DNA of 64,000 nt. It comes from Podarcis pityusensis (Eukaryota). This document shows, one piece after another, positions 1 to 13,602 of this stretch (the stretch's first letter is position 1; every line of letters starts with the position of its first letter). Where the stretch lies: NCBI GenBank assembly GCA_964106645.2, contig OZ067041.1, one strand, 5' to 3'. The notes below the pieces were generated by a model. That model did no database searches. It was not told the DNA's origin and was given only the letters and a program-made list of their open reading frames with translations. Made by a program: the position numbers and the translations under genes.

Positions 1-779
1 TGGCAAAAGACAGCGTGAGAAGGTGTGCTTGCCTTGCCTCTCCTGCAGGCGACACAATCTGCCTACCAAGGAAACTGTCATCTTCTAGGGTAGGGCAGTG
101 AGTGTTGGCACTAACAGTGCCAGGCGAAGTAGCTCATTGCCACCATTATCGTCATGAATGGATGAAGAACTGTCTACACCTGGTAAAATTACTTTTTTCC
201 AAACAACCCTCCTAAGAATCAGGAGGTGGTTAATATTTGCATCGGTTCAAATTGTATTTCCAAAGGTGTAATAAAAGCAAAAGCAAAATAACCCACTCAA
301 CCAACTCCCCACCACCACCTACCATATTCAATAGTGCTCTGCTTTATTAATACCTTGAGTAGTAGACTGGATAATCTCCATTTATTTTAATTTGGACTTT
401 TTCTGTCAAAAGGTGTTGATTTTGATTGCAGGTCTTAAATACTAGGGTGCTCATTTTGTGTGAGCCTACATGGTTTTATGTATTGTAATTCACAGAAATT
501 ACGATCCATAATATTGTGTAGTATTGGGAAATGCGGAGGTATAATGAACAGTATTATTTTCTTTCATCATAGCATCACTGCATCATAACCTTAAATGGAT
601 AAGTGGGGTCATATTTACCCCACCACTGGTCCATTTTTCTATGTCACCATGGCAACCACTTCCGCACTATTGTATATGATAGAATCTAACACAGAGTTGC
701 CACATTTGGTACTGAAGTACCACATTTTGTACACTTTTGATTACTAAAGTACGGAAATATTACTACTAGTCTTTACCAC

Positions 780-1760
780 TTCTTCTACTACTAAATGAAC
801 GTGCAAGTCTTTTTGCAGCTCACTTGCCTGGCATTGAATTAGTACTGGAAAATCTCCTAGAGCTAAATTTGACGGCCAAAACAAGCAACGAAGTCCACAG
901 AGTTTTCATTATGCTTGACATCTTTTGCCAGTGTGTTAATGTCATCTGTGTGGTACAAAATATTAGCTGGCATAGATATTTGCAACAAGGCCATCCAAGC
1001 TAGAAAGGCAACACTGGATGTTGAAGTAGCCACTGTAGAAGCTCTCCTCACAGAGCTGACAAAACTTCAAAGCAACAGGAAACACGTGTGGAATGAAGCC
1101 GAATTGGTGGCACCAAACAACCTAAATATAGTAATAAAACTCTCCTGTAAATGTGCATGAAGGCAAGGCTGCAGGATGACAACACTTGATGCTAACTTGG
1201 AAGAAATAAAATGATACAGGTGGTCTTCCAGAAGGAGTCTACTTTAGAAAATGTATTTCATTACATTTGCTGTTGAGCAGTTAGCAGGAAAAAAAGTTGA
1301 TTTCTTGTGGAAATATATCACCACGTCCGAAAGGGATGTGGAGAGAAAAGCTTTTGCTTTATTAGAGCAATATCCTGCTGACCTTAATGCTGATGATTTT
1401 GGAAAAGAAATGCGACATTTATCCTCAATACATAAATCTTGTAAATTCACAGTTAAAGCCATTAGATCTGTTGAACTTGTTAGCAGAGTACAAACTTGGA
1501 GGCCTGTTCCAAAATGTTTGTGTTTCGCTTAAGAATGCTATTAACCATGTCAGCAACAGCGGCTTCTGGAGAGAGGTCATTTAACAAACTTAAGCTAATT
1601 AAGAATTATTTAAGCTCTACAATGCCTCAGGAATGTCTTGTGGATTTGGCCAGGCTAAATATTGAATCAAACATTGCCAGAACAATTAATTTTCATGCTG
1701 TGATTTGAAAATTTCCACTTAAAAAAGGGCCAGAAAAGCTCTTTTTTAAAAAAGTAAATA
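780..1760 (+). mobile_element. Decayed hAT transposase remnant with C-terminal dimerisation domain
   Basis: Frameshifted ORFs 915-1708. LRMLLTMSATAASGERSFNKLKLIKNYLSSTMPQECL matches the hAT dimerisation motif (ERSFS-LK-IK-YLR-TM). Boundaries are approximate. Confidence 0.8.
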
Positions 1761-2290
1761 GTAATTTAATCTACCTTTTTAAAATACTATTGTCTTCTGA
1801 TGATTTAATGTGCATTGCTATATGGAAGTGATGCTTCCATGTGAATTCTTCTCCTTATTTGTATTGTAGCATAAACAAAGATGTTCAAATCAAACGTGCT
1901 TTCTGATCCTCTTTTAATTTATTTATATTTATTCATTTATATTTATCATGGAGGGAGTATAAGAGCATATGGCCTCAAATGAAGAAAATTAACAGAGTGC
2001 TCCACTACACTCCTCTTTTGTTTTCCATACCCTTTTTGACCTTACAGGCTACAGCTCATAGAATAAAGCCATAGTGGATAAAACAGAATGGCTAATGGAG
2101 AAGGGAAGGGACCCAAAGCAGAGGTGGGTTTTAGGCAGCAAGACTGGTTCTGCCCCACTGGGTGCTGACCCTAGGAGGCACCACGGGACATTGTAACTAT
2201 GACGTAATGAATTCAGCAGAAGATGAGACATGGGGGTGCCGAATTTTAAATCAAAGGGACCCCACTTTGGATGAAGATTGCAGCTTAATT

Positions 2291-2972
2291 TAGGATTACG
2301 AGAAGTCCCCAGTTCCCGGGGACAGTCCCCGGATTTGCAAATCTGTTCCCGGGAAACATGGAAGCGGCAGTCTCAGCAGCCTGGAGCCAGCCTGGTAGCG
2401 CAGTTGGCTCTGGCTGGCTTCAGGAGCTGCTCGCTGCTTGCTGCCACTGCCAAAGGGGAACTGGGGACGTCTGACTGTACAGATCTCCTGCCCCCTTCCC
2501 CCTTTGTTTTGACAGATCAGGGGAGGCTCGGGAGTCGTGAGTGGGTGGCCGTTGCCCAGAAGGGGTGCAAGGCATGCAGTTTCTCTGCCAGGCAAGGTGC
2601 AAAACTCTTCTTTCGTACCCTGTGAAACATAAATGCGCAGAGTTTTTAAAAAACTGGGCAACGGCCGGCCGGCCACAACTACCAAGCCTCCCCTGATCAG
2701 TCAAAACAAAGGGGGACAGGGGAAGGAGATCGGGGGAGGCTCAGGAGTCACAGGTGGGCGGTGCACCATTGCTGTTTTTTAAAAACTCTGCACATTTATG
2801 TTTCACAGGGTGCGAAAGAAGGGCTTTGCACCTTTATACAATATTCATGTGTGCTTGGGCCCTGGGTCTTTTGCCTCGCCATCCCCACTACTGACTCCCT
2901 GTTGCTACTCAGCTTCAAAAAAAAAAAAAAAAAAATGTCCCCGGATTCATTGAAAAAAATCTCGTAACCATA
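2291..2972. mobile_element. Non-autonomous DNA transposon (hAT-like) with internal inverted segments
   Basis: Imperfect TIRs TAGGATTACGAGA / TCTCGTAACCATA and subterminal GTCCCCGGATT motifs. No clear TSD. Confidence 0.55.
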
Positions 2973-5888
2973 ATTAATGTTTTAGAAGAGCCACTATAAC
3001 TTCTATTTCATCTCTTCATTCATGCAGTCGAATCCTATACATTTCTGCTGAGAAGTACGGGAAGTCCTTTGGTGCTCAGTATGAATTACCCTGAGACAGC
3101 AAAGGTTGGTCCATTGGGGCAAATGGGGTGCTGCCCCACCTATCTCATTCTGCTCTCAGTCAGCCCCCAGCTGCCCATTTTCCTACTTAGAACGAGTCCA
3201 GTGTGTGGCACTGGTTGTCACCCTTCTGTTCCTCCTCAAGGGCATTTTTAGATATCTCTCAAATTTTTCACCTGGCAAAATCCAACCCCTCCCCAATTTT
3301 CAGTACGTCTAAGTTGCCAAGAATCGTTTAGGTTCCAAAGCAAAGATATTAATCCATCTGATTTGATGTCTGCTGATGCTGAATGAACTAAGGGAGGCCG
3401 TAGCTCCTCTGAAGCAGTTCCACATTATGGCAGAGTTTGAAGCAAACTTCTCGACATTAGTTTTCATGCTAGGAAGCATCGATAATTTTATCCTTCATGA
3501 AGATGGCAGATAAAGGAACTTATTTAGAGATGCCTCCTTTCCCTCCATTGTGAAGGTTTCCCTTTGGGCCCAACACAGGGATCTTTAGCACAATTGTTTC
3601 ATATTGCTCAAGCTAGTGTATTTGCAGGCAGAGCACTAAATGAAGTGAACTCCAATAGGTACAAACTGCTAGTTGGTAAAGTTATATGTGGTGCTGAAGG
3701 CTTGAAGGAGGGAGGGAGACCTTGAGGTTCAGCTAGGTGAGTTAAGCTGGAAACACATCTGGGTGAAAATGTGCCTTCTTTATCCAGCCCATCCTTGATC
3801 TATATATCCCAAGGACAGCTCCTGGTTGAAGAGGCTCTGGCCAAAGCGCATTCTGATGGACCTTCCCCCAGCTCTGATGGTGAGCCTTCACAGGCTTACA
3901 CTGCAGCTGTGGCATGTGCCTGAGGGTCACCGCTTTAATCTCTCATAATGCCTTAGAGCAGAAGTGCAGAACTTGTGGCCTTCCTCTAGACACTGTTGGA
4001 CCGCAACTCCCATCTTCTCTGACCATTAGCAAGGCTGGTTGGGGCTGATGGGAGCTAGAGTCTTAACAGCATCCAAAGGGCTACAGGTTCCTCGCCCCTG
4101 TCTTAGAGCACTGGACCAAGAAATGAATAAAGGCAGGAGGTAGAGCAGGGGCTCGTAGTGAATTCTGTCAGAGTGATGCAGCTCCAACGGCTGTCCACAG
4201 ATGCCAGGTGTTGATGGCAGCATGTTCTGAATGCATGCAAAACCTGCTTCAATAGAACGGTTATTGAGCACAAGCCAGAAAAAGGCAAGTGTCACAATTC
4301 CGTTGAAATTCCACCTGACAGGATAAAATGGAAAGGTTTGAGAACCAGAGGAAGAACATCTCATCCATACATGCTACTGCAGAGGGCCCATGTGGGGTGC
4401 CTTGACCCCATTATGTCAATATCCTTCTCCAGCCCATGCCTATTCGACTAAAATCTCAATCCCGTTCATTTCAGAAGAACTTTCTCTTCCAATATTATCG
4501 TGTCTTATCAGCTTCAGAGGTCAAGATACACATTTTCATATGAGATAGGTAGTCTCTCTCTCCCTCCCTCCCTCCCTCCCTCCCTCCCTCACATTCTGTG
4601 GTTGCAGTTTTGTATGTTGTGTTTTCTATTCAAAGAGACTGGGGGAAAATAGAGAGGAGCACAAAACGTTAAAAAAAAACTGACTGGCATGGAACATTCA
4701 GTTACACGGGAAAGCAAAACCGTTTGCAGTCCAAATTCTGTGAGGGGAGGGGGAAATGTCAGCGTGACTGGAACCAATATCTCGCACAGGCTGTGGAAAT
4801 GGAAAGAAATACTAGGAGGTTGGGAAGCTGAGGACTAAAGAGCCCAGGGGGAAGAAGACTGACGGAAGAGTGCAGAACAGTGTACTGAGGAAGATGAACT
4901 TTCAAGAAGGGTAGGTGAATATGAAGCATGAGGAAATGGACGGGAGGAAACGGAGTCAGGAGGTATTGTGTTCTGCATGGAGAGAGCAAGAGGAGAGAGC
5001 TACAAAGTTGGGGTGAAGAGGCAAGCTGGCTAAAAGCAATGAAACAACAACAAAAAGCAGTAGCCTGAGGAAACTATGCATGGAATGGTCACACCACACA
5101 CTGAAAGCACTTCTATACCACTTAACAGACAATGCTTCCCCCAGAGAATCCTGGGAATCTTAGTTTGTTAAAGGTGCAGGGAACTTCAGCTGTGTGTAGT
5201 TCCCAGGATTCTTTGGGGGAAGCCATGCCTGTTAAAATGGAATAAGAGTGCTTTCAATGTATGGTGTGGAAGAGAACAACAGTAGAGGAACAAATAGCCA
5301 GACAATGCCACGGAGAACAAAAATGTCCTCAGTTCATGACAAAATGAAGACAAAGTAGTAGCCAGGCAGTGGTGTAAATTCATAAATTCAAGATCCAAGA
5401 TTATGCATAAATTCAAGATCCAAGACCAAGGAAGCTCTGTTGTATCAGGGCATGGCTAAAACGGCAATAGAAAAAAAGGGAATATGGAACAAGCCTTGGC
5501 ACACAGACCTTAATGCAATCTGATTAAAGAACGACCAATCAATTCATCACATGACATCTACTTGATTCACCTATAAATTATATTTGTATATCAGGGAAAC
5601 CAATATTTCTGAAGCAATACTTTCTTTAGTCTTGGATGGTGCAAACATATCATATCAGGCAGCACCTTAGAAAAGGCGTTTCTCCTGAATGTGAGAGAAA
5701 GAAAGAAAAATGCCACTTTTTAAGGTGGTCCTTGTACTCACTGGTTTTGCTATTGCACCATCAGTGTGTACAACACTTTACAGAGTGCAAGAAACTGGGT
5801 CCCTGCCCTGGGGAGCATGCAAACTAAACTTTAACACATTGGAAACAACAGGAAAAGAGAGAGAGATGAGCAAATGAGGAAAAACTAA

Positions 5889-5894
5889 GTGTGT

Positions 5895-5928
<34 letters not shown>
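5889..5928. repeat. (GT)n microsatellite
   Basis: Direct reading. Confidence 0.95.
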
Positions 5929-5930
<2 letters not shown>

Positions 5931-8900
5931 TGCTATCCAATTAATTGGAAGCACCCTTTTATTTAATTGAAAAGGTTTTTTGGTTTTTTTTAAAAATAGA
6001 CCACTGGAAAAGTGCAGACCAATTGTACCTGCTCAAAAATAAGCCCCACTGTTTTCAAAGGGACTTGCTGTAGAGAAGGTGCTATGAGGCTGCAGTCTAA
6101 ATGTTGCGATCCTCATATATAGGAAAGGCTGATCTTCCTCAGGTGGATTGGACTCACAATCTCTCTGATAAAACTAGGACAGGATAGGACAGGGCAAACA
6201 CTTCTACCAATAAGAAATGGTAGATTGTGGGTTTTCAGTCACAGCAGATGTGTCTGGCTGCGAGCAATTTCTAGAAATAATGAGCTCCCTTTTTGCAGTC
6301 TGTTTACTACAAGGTTGTCATAGTTCCCATGTCTCATGGATCACACCGAGAATCCCAGGATCACACAGAGAAAAAAGCATTTTTCCCACTGGCTTGTGAA
6401 GAGGAATAGGGAAATCATGAGAAGCTTTTTCAGTGCAGCAGAACTTAAAAGTCAGCAAGTTAGCATGTGTTTGTGCTAACCTTCTGCATCAGCCATTTCC
6501 CAGAGAAACTTAGGGTTCCTTGGAATCTTATCAAAAGCTTAAAGATAGCCTGCTGATCATCTTTTAGTTTTACTATAGAGAAGCAAAATGTATGGGCTTT
6601 TCTCCTTAAGAGTGTGGCCTCTTCCACACTACAGAAAGAGGAGTGTGCCATTTGCACAAGTGTGAAATATTATCCGGCACACTGTTGGCAAGGTGTTATG
6701 GATCAGTAGAATACTGCCATACTGATGCGAGGACGCTCCTATACATTTCTACTCAGAAGTAAGTTCCATGGAGTTCAGTGGTGTTTACTCCCAGAAGATA
6801 TAGGATTGCAGCCTTAAATGTGAAAACTCCCTTGGCAGTTTTGTCTATCATGGGCTGAAAAAAGGTAGAACATATTTTGCTTTAAATTGCAGACCACAAG
6901 GGGCTAAGTGGTATTCATTTCTCACTGGCACTAGTACAAATTCAGTTCCACAGTTACCAACACTGTTGAGAATGATACAATATGTATGTGACTTTGATTT
7001 AACCTAGTTTTAATTTCAGGGTGTATGCTAATTCCTATGGAGCAATAATAAAGAAGAGAGTGATTTCAAGCACGCATGGACTGTCTTTTCTTCACACTGA
7101 ATATCCTCAACTAGCCATCAGAATCTGAAGTAAGGGCATTGAGTTCAGATGGCATGGCTTATATCCACTAATTTATACTCAGGTATCCACCAAAATCAGT
7201 GGACTTAATGTTCGTCACAACAAATTCAAGTCCACTGGTTTCAACATTTCTGCTCTGAGAAGATTTAGTCATTTACAACCCTATGACTTTTAGGCTAGTG
7301 TTATGAGTCTGGGAAGCTCTGGTTACAGAAATTAGATATTGGAAAGGCTGGGATAGATCTGTGAGCTTTCTAAGTTCTTATGCTTCACGCATGCATGGAA
7401 GAACCATTTTTTTCTGCCTGGATGCAAAGCATGGAATGTGAACCAGTGACGTGACTCGTTTTCCATCAGCAGAGACCACTATTTCCCATCAGCAAAGTGA
7501 TGGCAAACTCGAATCCAAGCCTGTATTTGTTGCCAACTACTCCCAAACTGTGGCTGAGAGCCTACGCTGAAAAAGAATGAGCACAAAGAGCATAGGAACT
7601 GTCCCTGAATCTCCAAGCATCAGTAACACTAAGGAAATGACACCATAAAGCATCTCAACATCAGACAAAAATGAAGAGGGTTGTCTTTTTTCACATATTA
7701 ACAAAGTGGCTCAAATTAGCAACATCGGCTGGAGACAGATAATAGTATATGAAAGAAGTGAAGATTACCTGGGACTATGGTTGCCCATTGCGTGAGGAAG
7801 CAGAGTGGGGAAGCTTTGGTTAGAGGAGGATTTAGGGCAGCACGACTGGTTCTGCCACACTGGGCGCTGAGCCTAGGGGCACTGCAGGGCATCAGAACCA
7901 TGACATAGTGAATTGAGCAGAACGGAAGGTGAGAGGTGGAGGTGCCCAATATTGGCCTCACACAGACCACTGCTGAAATTTGAAAGGCCTGCTTTGGTCC
8001 CCCAGGTGTTGCTTGACTACAACTCCCATCATTCCTGACCCCTGGCTATGCTGATGGGAGCTGAGGGTCTAAAAATATCTGGAAGACCACAAGTTCTCCA
8101 ACTTTGGTGTGCCCTCTCACTTCTTTTATGCAGCTATCCTGTCTCTAGTCAAAGAGATACCATTGCAAAATAGTAGCTTTTTTATTACACGCACAAAAAC
8201 TATTATTGGGCACTTTTGGAAGCCTGTTCTAAGCACTCTTGTGCATTTTTGTAGCCTCCCACTGTCTAGTCAGGAAGAGGGAAGGCTATTTATAGTCACA
8301 TCATCTGCTTTTGGAATAAAGGCATGCCCTCCCCCTAAATCTTTAGTTGTATTTCCTAAACCTTAAGTGTGTAATGCGAGAATTCCCAAAGGGTGACAAA
8401 GACACATCAGCCAGAGACATTCATTCGCAGTCTTCTCTGGCATTCTGCTTACTGTGGAGTCAGGCTGGTCATGACAACCCACCTTCATCCCACCTTCACT
8501 CCAGGTCAAGCCCAAGGGGATGGGGAGAGGGAGGAAGCAAGAAGGAAAATCTGCCCACCTCCTACTCAGTTCAAAGCAGGCTGCCTTTCAGCTCCCACCT
8601 CCGAGCTTCACTGGTAGCAACCAACTCTGTTCCCCCAAAAACAGGATGGGTACCACAACTGCTGATGTGGGCAGTATCTTCAGTGAACAGCAACGAAGTG
8701 AATTGGTGGAACTGCTATTGCCGCTATCTTGCCATCCCCAGTTCCATGTCAGAAAGACAGGTGAAAAGAGTCTTTCCTCAACCAAACATGGTCAATATGA
8801 CAATTGTGATACCTAGGATGGAGTCCAGAGCCATTTCTTTGTCTCCTCATCTCACAACCCTCACCCAAGCCACCGTCATCTACCTAAGAATGTGGGCAGC

Positions 8901-9221
8901 AAAGATGGGTGAGGATAAAGCCCTCTCAAGGCTGCCACAGACACTTTCCACAGCCTCACTCCTAGTTCAAAAACAATGGACCTTTAGATATATAACATAT
9001 TGAAAGGTTTGGCCTTTCAACAGGTGGGACAACTGTAGAAAGGACTAGTATATTGCTGGCAAGACTGCCTGGGACAATGCTTTGCTTCTCTTCCTTTATG
9101 TTCCTGTTGCTTTTTTGTTCCACAGAACTCAGTGGAAACCATGGCGAATGGGATTAACCCTTATTTTGCGATGTTCTGCTCCTTCATTGGAATAGCACTG
9201 CCTTGGCTTTAATTTCTTATA

Positions 9222-9401
9222 CAGTGGTACCTCGGGTTAAGTACTTAATTCATTCCAGAGGTCCATTCTTAACCTGAAACTGTTCTTAACCGGAGCACGA
9301 TTTCTGTTCTCATCCTGAACAGAGGTACTATTTCTGGGTTAGCGGAGTCTGCAATCTGAAGCATAAGTAACCTGAAGCGTATGTAACCTGAGGTACCGCT
9401 G
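9222..9401. mobile_element. Tc1/mariner (Tigger/pogo-like) MITE
   Basis: TIRs CAGTGGTACCTCGG / TGAGGTACCGCTG flanked by TA on both sides. Internally deleted version of the copy at 37716. Confidence 0.85.
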
Positions 9402-10899
9402 TACAATGACAGAATGTAACAAAACAGAACTCACAGACATGGGCATTAGCCATGCTGGCTGGGACTGACATAAGTCCAGCAACATCTGGAAGACCACAAG
9501 TTCCCCATCTCTGCATTACATTCTGCATCCAGGGGGGAAATGAAATCCCCTTTCCTGAAAAACCATCATTTTACTTTTCCCATGCACTTCTAAAATAGCT
9601 ATCTGTAAGGTAGAAGGGCAGTGGGCGAAAACATTGCAGGAAGACATGCATTTTGGGGGAAGTCAACATGGACAGCTGCAGAAGAAAACACACACACACA
9701 CACACACACACTCCAAGCAGTTTTGCAAACTCCACAATATTCTTTGTGCGACACTTGTTTCTTAAGAAGACTAAATTCTCCTGCCATCCTGCCATTCATT
9801 TTACCTGCCTTAATGCAGGTAGGGCAATCTGACCAGCAGTCCTCAATAGTTTCCCATTTGACCCAGATAGTCTTCTCATCTTGTCTTCCTCTTCCCAGGA
9901 AATAATTGGGGGGGGGGGTGGAGGTTTTCTGTGGTTAAGTTTCAATTAGAGTCAATCGGGCATTTTAAAAGCCTAACTGTCGTGCATTGGGAGGATTTTG
10001 GTTGCGGAGTTGGGGTCCCAGCTAAAGAAGGAAGGGTTAACCCTTCCAACTCCATCCACTGCAACCTTCCCACCTTCCCATCAGAACTGCCTCTGCCTGA
10101 ATTCTGTTCTCAGCAAAACTTTACAGTGAATCTTTATGCAAAAGGGAACCAGTGTCAACCAAAAAGTAACACGAGAGAGGCATCCTCAGGAAAAAAAATC
10201 CGTTTCAGCGACACATGCACAATTACCAAGAGAATCTGTTTAGCCTGGAATGTTCTCCAAAGCAAATGGGAGGCTAGAAGCAAGCCCCATTCCAGGCTAA
10301 GCTCTGAGGGAAGGGAGGGGTGGCGATGGAGCGACCCGCTTCCCGGAGCAACATAGGAGGCCGAGGAAGAGCGGGGCTCTGCATGACAAGCCCAGTGCCT
10401 GGCGCATTAAGATTACAGAGAGAGACTAAGAGTAAGACCGGCTAAAAGGAAAAGCAGCTCTAGGCTTTTGCTATCCTGTTAAGGTCTTTACAGGGATCAA
10501 AATGTCAGGCAATTGGCTTGTTCCGCGCACATTTCTGGCCACCTTCAAGGTATGGGCTTAGATGCTCTCCTTGCCTGGAGAAGGACTCGGTATAGTTGGA
10601 GAGACTTGCCCCAGATGTTTACTTTCTAAAATTTTTAAAAAGCACCACGGAGTCACAGAAGCCCTTCTACGCTATGCCAGCCCTTTGCACGTGCTCAGCG
10701 GCACCGTTTTCTTCCAGATGTCTCAAATCTGAGCTCTAGCACTGAAAATAAAGAAAGATTCAGGGGCGTTCTGTATCCTTCTCTGTTCGTATAATAATAG
10801 TTATGCTGTGAACTACAAGGGGTTCCTCTCTTTGAATCAAAAAAAGCACAGGAGCGTCTTTGATGCCCCCAGTCTACTACCCTGTCGCTCTTGGGATTT

Positions 10900-11750
10900 C
10901 CGACACACACACACCGCTTTTTGCAATACAGCCGAGCCCCTCAATTTAACGCCTTCCACCAGCAAGTAGGGAAGTCCCGTTTCCCTTATGCTCATGCACT
11001 GTCGCGGCTACTTTGCAGAAAAGTTACCAAGTTTCCTACCTGCTCTTTCTTGGTGTGCGCAGACTGCGGGGACATGGCCTCTTCGAAACGAGGAAGGAAG
11101 AGGAGAAAAAAAAACCAAAGTGGGGAAACCACGAGATTAATAATAATAATATTAAAAATATCCAAGGGCAGCCTTCAAGCTCTCCCTAAGGGAGCGCGTC
11201 CGGTCAGATCCATCCCGAGGGACGCTTTCCCACGCTGGTCCTATGAAGGCAGCTCCGAGTCCTTTTCTGCGACGGGAGTCTTTTTTAAACAGGAACGCTT
11301 CACTTCGCTTCTCTGGAAACCCACAGCCTTGCTGGCGCCCGTTTCCCGGAACAGTGGCGATTCTGACCGGCTTCCCTCTTTAGCTCTGGTCACTGGGCGC
11401 AGGGGTTGGGTCCGCGCGCTGTTTCAGTACCAGCAGCGTTGGACAGCTCCAAGCGGGAGGCAGGGAACCGACGCGTTGCGCGTGCGTTTTGCTTTAGTGT
11501 GGCGGCGGCAGCGGCGGCGGGCGCAACAGCCTCGTCAGTCTGCGCTCTCCTTCCTGCCACCAAGCGCGCCTTCCTCCTTCTCTCCCTTTGCGCCTTAATC
11601 TGCCCCAATAGGGCAGCACGCCGGCCAACGAGCCCGCCCAGACCTTCAGGGCTCATTGAGTCCGAGGGCGCCTTCCTCCTTCAGACAGCAAAACTCCATC
11701 TCTCCGCAAGCTTTTGGAGGGCGGAGAGGAAGCTTTCGGTGATATTTGGG
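10900..11750 (-). promoter_or_regulatory. CpG island; probable promoter and non-coding exon 1 of the next minus-strand gene (likely CNGA3)
   Basis: Densest CpG stretch in the window, with GGC repeats and TAATCT + CCAAT near 11595-11610. Minus-strand donor CAG|GTAGGA at 11040/11039. Gene identity is inferred only from the recalled VWA3B-CNGA3 order in amniotes. Confidence 0.55.
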
Positions 11751-12210
11751 TAAGGGGGGAATTCACAGCGTCTGTTTTCAACCAATGGCTTCATTAAACC
11801 AGCTTCTGAATTTTTGCCCCCGCAAAAAAAAATCTACCTAGTCTGTTCCCACCACCAGTTTACTGCTGGCCGCTCTGAAGAATATGGAGAAGCAAAACTT
11901 TGTTTTGCCACTGAAAATACTCTCAACAGGGAGTTGCAAGGACTCCTGGTTCCCTATCATGATGCTAGCTTTGCAAACTTGTTTTGTTCGGGGCTTTTTG
12001 CTTGCACAGTGTTCATGCATTTTTAGGGGTACACTTTAAAACTGCTGCTCCCGACCTGGTGACCTCCAGCTGTTTCCCATTCCAATTCCCACCAGACCCA
12101 GCCCAGCCAGCAAGGCCAATGCCCAAAATGATGGGAGTTGTGTTCCAAAATATCCAGAGGGCACGAGGTTAGGAAAGGGATCTTTAGAACATCTTAGTGC
12201 GCACCTGAGG

Positions 12211-12563
12211 GACCCGGGTGGCGCTGTGGGTTAAACCACAGAGCCTAGGACTTGCCGATCAGAAGGTCGGCGGTTCGAATCCCCGCGACGGGGTGAGCTC
12301 CCGTTGCTCAGTCCCAGCTCCTGCCCACCTAGCAGTCTGAAAGCGCATCAAAGTGCAAGTAGATAAATAGGTACCGCTCCGGCGGGAAGGTAAACGGCGT
12401 TTCTGTGCACTGCTCTGGTTCGCCAGAAGTGGCTTAGTCATGCTGGCCACATGACCCGGAAGCTGTACGCCGGCTCCCTCGGCCAGTAAAGCAAGATGAG
12501 CACCGCAACCCCAGAGTCGGCCACGACTGGACTTAAGGGCCAGGGGTCCTTTTACCTTTACCT
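12211..12563 (+). mobile_element. Sauria SINE (Squam1-type), near full length
   Basis: GGTGGCGCTGTGGGTTAAA head, GGTTCGAATCCC B-box and (ACCTTT)n tail. 17-bp TSD TTAGTGC(G/T)CACCTGAGG. Confidence 0.92.
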
Positions 12564-12837
12564 TTAGTGCTCACCTGAGGAAAGTGATGTGTGAAATGAC
12601 CTTACCCTGGTGCCTGTATGGTTTCAGCTTACCTGAAGGGGTTCTAGGAGTGAGAGACATTGTAGCCACCATTTCTTGGAACACAATAAAAAAAGGCGAG
12701 TTTCAAAAAGGGAGGGACATGTGTTTAAGATTTTTTTATTTATGCCATTCTTTTCAGTGCTCCCAGGAACAATTGTTTTACTTCTTGTACCAAGTTAGAC
12801 CTATAAAGACTCCTACTGGGCCTCTAAAGATTCTCTG

Positions 12838-12930
12838 TCATGGATGCTTTAGCTGAGATTCCTGCATTGCAGGGGGCTGGACTGGATGACCCTTGGGGTC
12901 CCTTCCAATTCTACGATTCTATGATTCTAC
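12838..12930 (+). mobile_element. CR1 LINE 3' end fragment
   Basis: ...GGTCCCTTCCAATTCTACGATTCTATGATTCT tail. Confidence 0.75.
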
Positions 12931-13289
12931 TATACTTGTGCTGGTCTTTCATTGGAGAAGGATTATCATGGTGGGGGTACTTAAGAACTTTCCTCTGGCC
13001 CATGCATCACCCTGTAACTACCATGTGGCAACTGAAGTAGGCGACTTCTTTTTCAGAGTGAAAGAAGAGAAGAAGGAAAATTCTCTACCAAATATGGTTT
13101 TAATATTGCCACTAACATTGTTATATTTATGGGCAGGCAAAGGTCCATCTAGTTTAGCATCCGGTTCTCACAGTAGTTCAACCAGATGCCTACCGGAAGC
13201 CCAGCAGCAAAACCTGAGCACAAGAGCACTTATACTTCCCAGCAACAGACATTCAGATACTTCTTTGGCAGTCACTTGTAGTCAGGTAA

Positions 13290-13602
13290 GATTGTCTTCC
13301 ATAAACACAGTTTTAACAATGAGTCCGTAAGTGACTGTGGAGGCCAGTTCTGGATCCACACGTCCTTCCACAGTGGGGACATTGGTTTCCGGGTGAGAGT
13401 TGATCATGGTGTGGATTTGCCAAGCGTGCCTTCCTCTTAGCACGTTTCTCCCTTTCGTCATGAGTTCAAGTGTCTTCAAAGCCCATGACACCTTTGGTAA
13501 AGGCTGTTCTCCAATTGGAGCGCTCACAGGCAAGTGTTTCCCAATTGTTGGTGTTTATATTACGTTTTTTAAAAATTTGCCTTGAGACAGTCTTTAAACC
13601 TC
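13290..13602 (-). mobile_element. RTE-clade LINE 3' fragment with C2H2 zinc finger, nested in an older CR1-like fragment (~13130-13820)
   Basis: Minus strand reads RFKDCLKAN...NWETLACERSNWRTAF...CPHCGRTCGSRTGLHSHLRTH across a frameshift. Confidence 0.75.

Noticed and set aside
5571-5684. Possible minus-strand non-coding exon (strong pyrimidine tract + CAG, donor TAG|GTGAAT)
   Set aside because: Supported only by splice-like motifs. Both internal ATGs hit stops, and it cannot be confirmed without transcripts.
8347-9003. 218-aa plus-strand ORF
   Set aside because: TTG start, no domain motif and no splice context.
1-10900. CNGA3 coding exons
   Set aside because: I found no MAKINT-like start or channel peptides on the minus strand, so no CDS is called.
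10891-11598. 235-aa plus-strand ORF
   Set aside because: Non-ATG start, low complexity and no recognisable domain. Long ORFs are expected by chance in a GC-rich island.
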